Shown piece after piece: positions 59,771 through 64,000 of a DNA stretch of 64,000 bases. Under the pieces are notes generated by a model, which searched no databases, was not told the DNA's origin, and saw only the letters and a program-made list of their open reading frames with translations. Where the stretch lies: positions 1-64,000 of the IMG/VR virus record IMGVR_UViG_3300048838_001252; one strand, written 5' to 3'. Position 1 is the first letter of the stretch. Each line of letters starts with the position of its first letter. This DNA comes from a virus. The position numbers and the translations under genes are program-made.

Positions 59771-60205
59771 TTATTTTCCAACTTTTGCAATATCAACAAC
59801 TGGAATTTTTGATTTTTTTTCTTCTTCGGCAGGTGCTTCATCATTTTCTTCAGCTTCTGGTTCGTCATCATCCATTTTACGACTTGAACCTTCTTCTTCG
59901 CCTTCTTTTTCTTCTTCTTCACCGTGCATCCAACCATAAACATCATTAAGATGCTCTTTAGCTATAACAATTTTATCTTGCACCCATGAAGGTAAATCAC
60001 CTTCAGGTAATCCTTCATATGCTTTTTTTGCTAAATCAACAAGTTCTTCTAATTTGGCTTTATATGATGCACCTTCTTTTCCGTGTTCCTGTGGTTCTAC
60101 AGAAATTTCTTCTTTTTCTTCAAACTCTTCATTTAAATTAGGTTTAAATGTTTTGTCGAGTCTACCCATGACTTCGAAAAGTCTTACTTTTGTATTTTTT
60201 TTCAT
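59771..60205 (-). CDS. Acidic head-region protein with RLFEVM...LNE leader
   Basis: Shared leader; LPSWVQDKI..A...L motif; late promoter at 60219-60228. Confidence 0.7.
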   Translation of the reverse strand: MKKNTKVRLFEVMGRLDKTFKPNLNEEFEEKEEISVEPQEHGKEGASYKAKLEELVDLAKKAYEGLPEGDLPSWVQDKIVIAKEHLNDVYGWMHGEEEEKEGEEEGSSRKMDDDEPEAEENDEAPAEEEKKSKIPVVDIAKVGK

Positions 60206-60233
60206 GTTTTTATTTTTCTATAAATACTTATAA

Positions 60234-61424
60234 TTAATGTATTAACAAATATACCCCAAGTACATCTTTTCGATGTGCTGCAGTATCTGCATCTGAAGGT
60301 GTTACGATAACATTCCAAAGATTTGTTCCTTGCTCTGGTTTTTTCAACATTTCGTCAGAAGATATAATTGTATTTCTATCAATATCGTAGAATGTTGCCA
60401 TAAAATCTTTTAACTGATTAAGTGCTTCTGGTGATTTGTAACGGTAAATATTTTTATATTCGGGTTTACCTTGTTTCATTACCTGCTCACCCTTTTTATT
60501 TAGGACTGGTTTCTTAATTACATTAATATAGTCTTTAAAGACATGTTTTGGAACAACATCTGCGTGCTTATCTTTTAGTTTGTCTATTAAATGTGTTTCT
60601 GGAGAACCGGGGTCAACCGAGAACCGGAATACAAAATTATCTGGAACATCTGCTTTTTTTGCAGAAGAAACCATTTTTGTATATGCATAATGTAAAACAT
60701 TTGGCGTTCTTCTTGCAATGTCCATAGCTAATTCAAGGTATTTGTCAGAAATAAAATCTCCAGAATCATGCCATCTAACTATTGTCGTTAAACCCTTTTT
60801 TTCATTGTTAATTCTGGCAGTTTCAATTTCATCAATAACTTTATATCTAAACTCATCCCAATGATTTAAAAGAAAATTTAAAATTCTTGATTTGCTCATT
60901 GCAGCATCATTGTACATTACAGACCTACCTTTTTGCTGAAAACAGTAATCTTTACAATGACCAGCGTTTGGGCAAGTATCCACAACTTTAAATTCTTTAT
61001 TTTTTTCGTCAAAGAACAAACCCTTATATGCAGGTAATGAAATTTTTAATATGTTGGTTTTTCCAACCTTATCATTTGTACCTAAAATTGTTAATGGTCT
61101 TTGCGTAAATTCTTGTGCTAATTTTTTATCGTCAATTACGTTTCCACCCATGTCAACAATTTCAATTGTTTTTTTATGAATGTATGGGTCTTCCCTATCA
61201 CGGGGAGCATCACTTTTTCTTTTATCTGTAATTGTTTGTACATCTGCAGGTCTTAATCCAACCCCCTCAATATCTTCTTCAAGATTAGGGGTTTTCGCAA
61301 AACTTTCTAAATCGATGAAATCGCTACCATCAAAACCCGGTGGTAATGAACCAGCTTCGTTTAATTTCATACCTGCGACTCTTTCCATCATTTCAAAAAG
61401 TCGCTTTTTAGTATCCTTTATCAT
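60234..61424 (-). CDS. Gene-product-88-like (radical-SAM-like Cys cluster) protein with RLFEMM...LNE leader
   Basis: TCPNAGHCKDYC, VRWHDSGDF and YAYTK motifs; start moved to ATG 61424 because the promoter at 61441-61449 overlaps the track start. Confidence 0.7.
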   Translation of the reverse strand: MIKDTKKRLFEMMERVAGMKLNEAGSLPPGFDGSDFIDLESFAKTPNLEEDIEGVGLRPADVQTITDKRKSDAPRDREDPYIHKKTIEIVDMGGNVIDDKKLAQEFTQRPLTILGTNDKVGKTNILKISLPAYKGLFFDEKNKEFKVVDTCPNAGHCKDYCFQQKGRSVMYNDAAMSKSRILNFLLNHWDEFRYKVIDEIETARINNEKKGLTTIVRWHDSGDFISDKYLELAMDIARRTPNVLHYAYTKMVSSAKKADVPDNFVFRFSVDPGSPETHLIDKLKDKHADVVPKHVFKDYINVIKKPVLNKKGEQVMKQGKPEYKNIYRYKSPEALNQLKDFMATFYDIDRNTIISSDEMLKKPEQGTNLWNVIVTPSDADTAAHRKDVLGVYLLIH

Positions 61425-61497
61425 TCTGAAATCATTTTTCATAAATACTTCAATATATTCAAATACAAATAGTATTTATATTAAATTCTTGTACAAA

Positions 61498-63354
61498 ATG
61501 AATTTAGAATGCTTAAACGACATAATAACCGATAATTTGGCTATACATATTGACCTAACGAACGTTAAGTCATGGGACTTAAATACGGGGTTCACATCAA
61601 TTAGTTTAACTAAATGGTCTGGTGCAGTTTCTGATAATCTGGACTTAATTGATTTCGGTTTAACTGGTTTTGATAACGGCAGAACCGATAAAATGTGGGA
61701 AGGAATTAAATTTACACCCAAAGATACATTATTTACTATGTATCGTATAGGGTATAACGTAGTTGATAATCCAACAAGCGGTGAAACAAGTGGTGTTACG
61801 GTTTCAACCGAATTTGACTTATATCCAATAAGTGCCATAACCACCGGAGCAAGCGGAAACTACTTTGAACTTGCTGGTGGGTATTTACAAGGATTTTTCA
61901 AATTAGACCAATATAATTACGAACTTCTACCCGCAAGATATAATAATGGTATAACCATAGAAACACTATTATACTTACACCCAAATTCTCAGGGTATTTT
62001 TTACATGATGGGTGCACGTGCGGAAGATAAGTATAATCCATACTTTAGTGGAGAAACCATTACAGGTATCACTTCAACTGGTGTCACTACAAGTTTTGAC
62101 AACTATCTCGATGCTATTAAGGAAAAGGAAACTGTAAAAAGTGGTTTTGGTGTGTATGAAGACAGAATGGAAATAACACCGGAACAAGTAAATCCAATTG
62201 AAAATATAAAAAATAATGTGATTGCTTTTGCAATGACCGAAGATAAAAAATTAGCGTACAAGTACATTAATAATGAAGGATTAGTTGTGGTTAACACATC
62301 GCCTTCTGCAATTAGTAGAACCGGATTTACGTGGATTACGATTGGTTTTGCACCCGATAGCGTGATAGATGACCCAGATTTACTTATTTGTGCAGAACAA
62401 AGAAAAGGAAGATTAACGTTCTATATCAATGGTCGTGCTTTCTGGACATTAAAAGAATTTCCAGAATTCTTTTTCAAATCGTTTGCAAATGACAAAGAAA
62501 AACAAATAGGTGTACCATATTCTATTAGTTGGGGTGGTGGTTCATTTGGATTAAAACACTCGTGGCACTATGATTATCAGACATATAATATCTATACTGG
62601 TCAAGACGATGATTACTTAAACAACACTTTTTTAATTCAAGGAGACCCAATCCCTAACGAATGTAACCCAACACCAAGTGAGCAATATTTACCGGGATTG
62701 TCATTAAGTGCTGATAGTACTACTTTCAGCGTTATTGATGAATGTAATCCAGAGGTAGAAACTCCATTGACTGTAATGAGGATTGAACATACCGGAAATA
62801 CAGCAACAACTTATTTTATTAAGTTCAACCAACCAGTTTCAGTATTATCGAACAGAAATTATGTTGTTGACATGTCAGTATATAACGATAATTTCTTCAC
62901 ATATCTTGCTCAAAATAAGAAAATAACAATTTTGGTTTACAGCGATACTGTAGATGTGAGTATTATAGAAAGTGTTGAATACACCAAGAATTCGTTTGTT
63001 GGTACATGGATGCCACTTAAAACTGTTTTCAGAACTGAAGAAAATAGTGGACAACATTTTGTTTATATTGGTATTCTTATTGAGTCCGACCTCGAATTTA
63101 ATCTAAATTCACCATTATTTGTAAGAGATTTTACATATACTGGTGCTGATATTCTTGTGATTGATGAAAGAAAAGATGATTTGTTGATTGAACAAAACTT
63201 TGACTCAGGCTTCATTGGTGGAATTCAAAAACTACGTATATATGATACAGCGTTGACCTCAACAGAAGTTCTACATAATATCTATTGGGAAACCAGAAAT
63301 AATCCGGGTCAGAACATTGTTGTCAGCAAGGGTGGAAGAATAATATATCGTTAA
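61498..63354 (+). CDS. Virion protein with split LamG/concanavalin-A-like domain
   Basis: ITIETLL...LTFYING...F.GGIQKLRIYD.ALT..EV; likely start ATG 61498 after the promoter at 61471-61480 (the track's longer start overlaps the opposite gene). Confidence 0.65.
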   Translation: MNLECLNDIITDNLAIHIDLTNVKSWDLNTGFTSISLTKWSGAVSDNLDLIDFGLTGFDNGRTDKMWEGIKFTPKDTLFTMYRIGYNVVDNPTSGETSGVTVSTEFDLYPISAITTGASGNYFELAGGYLQGFFKLDQYNYELLPARYNNGITIETLLYLHPNSQGIFYMMGARAEDKYNPYFSGETITGITSTGVTTSFDNYLDAIKEKETVKSGFGVYEDRMEITPEQVNPIENIKNNVIAFAMTEDKKLAYKYINNEGLVVVNTSPSAISRTGFTWITIGFAPDSVIDDPDLLICAEQRKGRLTFYINGRAFWTLKEFPEFFFKSFANDKEKQIGVPYSISWGGGSFGLKHSWHYDYQTYNIYTGQDDDYLNNTFLIQGDPIPNECNPTPSEQYLPGLSLSADSTTFSVIDECNPEVETPLTVMRIEHTGNTATTYFIKFNQPVSVLSNRNYVVDMSVYNDNFFTYLAQNKKITILVYSDTVDVSIIESVEYTKNSFVGTWMPLKTVFRTEENSGQHFVYIGILIESDLEFNLNSPLFVRDFTYTGADILVIDERKDDLLIEQNFDSGFIGGIQKLRIYDTALTSTEVLHNIYWETRNNPGQNIVVSKGGRIIYR

Positions 63355-63558
63355 ATGAGCAGACTACTTGAAATTTACGAAGGCTGGAAAAATTACACGT
63401 TTCCAAATGCTGAAGTTGAAAAGCAAGCCAAGGAAAGAATGAAAATTTGTATAGACTGTAAAATGATAAAGAAAAATAACGTCTGCATGATGTGCGGTTG
63501 TTATATGCCAGCCAAGGTCAGAAGTCCAAAATCCAGTTGTAAGTTAAAAAAATGGTAG
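63355..63558 (+). CDS. Small Cys-rich protein (DUF6171-like)
   Basis: ER..IC..C......C..CGC.M.AK......C..KKW. Confidence 0.75.
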   Translation: MSRLLEIYEGWKNYTFPNAEVEKQAKERMKICIDCKMIKKNNVCMMCGCYMPAKVRSPKSSCKLKKW

Positions 63559-63559
63559 T

Positions 63560-63976
63560 TTAAATTGTACTTGTTGTGAGAACATATGAGTTTTCAAGTG
63601 CTTTCCCTTCAAAAACATCATCATCTAAACACATCTTATTGTATTGTTCGAGAATTTTAGTTTCACCGTGAATAATAATTTCGAGACGACCATTCAAACA
63701 TGTAATACAACCAATATATTCTCTCTTTTTAAGGTCAAAATATGCACCCTTGGGAATGTAAAAGAAAATTGTTTTTTCTTGAGGTTTGTCTGTATTAACA
63801 ACCTTTTTATATTTAATTTGGGTATTATCTTCACAGTTGTCCCAATATGTGAAAAAACGAATAATAATACCATCATCAACTTCGTGAACAACAGGAAGTT
63901 GTTGAATTAGCAATTCTTTTCTTTTGTCGATTAAATCATTAATTTTTTTTAATATTTCCCTTTTTTCATTGTTCAT
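63560..63976 (-). CDS. Hypothetical protein, possible cupin-like beta barrel
   Basis: IPKGA.F....E...CI.CL.G.L pattern. Confidence 0.55.
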   Translation of the reverse strand: MNNEKREILKKINDLIDKRKELLIQQLPVVHEVDDGIIIRFFTYWDNCEDNTQIKYKKVVNTDKPQEKTIFFYIPKGAYFDLKKREYIGCITCLNGRLEIIIHGETKILEQYNKMCLDDDVFEGKALENSYVLTTSTI

Positions 63977-64000
63977 CTTTTTAACAATATGGTGCTTTAC

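Noticed and set aside
6273-61480. Reading TATAAATA hits as classical T4 late promoters
   Set aside because: In that orientation they point away from the adjacent genes; the consistent sense-strand form is GTATTTAT
61180-61497. ORF-track 5' extension of the 724-aa plus-strand gene
   Set aside because: Overlaps the opposite-strand gene and lies upstream of the promoter motif at 61471; ATG 61498 is the likely start
1133-63910. Many 60-160 aa ORFs antisense to or nested in long genes (e.g. 1133-1477, 3742-3999, 57220-57705)
   Set aside because: Shadow ORFs of well-supported genes, with no motifs or promoter context
1-64000. Stop-codon reassignment, as in some large Bacteroidota phages
   Set aside because: Core genes are full length in code 11, coding density is high, and TAG/TGA end genes at expected positions (e.g. 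thyA TAG, helicase TGA)

Overview
This 64-kb AT-rich window is a segment of a large T4-like (myovirus-type) dsDNA phage genome. The host is most likely a Bacteroidota, judged from TTG-N18-22-TAnnTTTG promoters, a lack of Shine-Dalgarno sites and a Bacteroidota-type lipoprotein. It carries most virion genes: terminase, portal, prohead protease, scaffold, major capsid, neck, sheath, tube, tape measure and baseplate proteins. These are scattered on both strands among nucleotide-metabolism genes (thyA, dut, MazG-like, HAD nucleotidase-like), phoH, an SF1 helicase, a GIY-YIG endonuclease, five glycosyltransferase-like genes and a phage sigma-like factor. Three promoter classes are visible. The highlights are: (1) a promoter-bearing ~160-nt structured non-coding element just upstream of the terminase gene; (2) free-standing proteins carrying copies of portal and major-capsid peptide motifs; (3) a cluster of head-region genes sharing an RLFE(V/M)M...LNE leader; (4) a probable -1 frameshift in the chaperone gene before the tape measure; (5) an I-TevI-style hairpin-plus-late-promoter control of the homing endonuclease. 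All calls are from motif reading only; no database searches were run.
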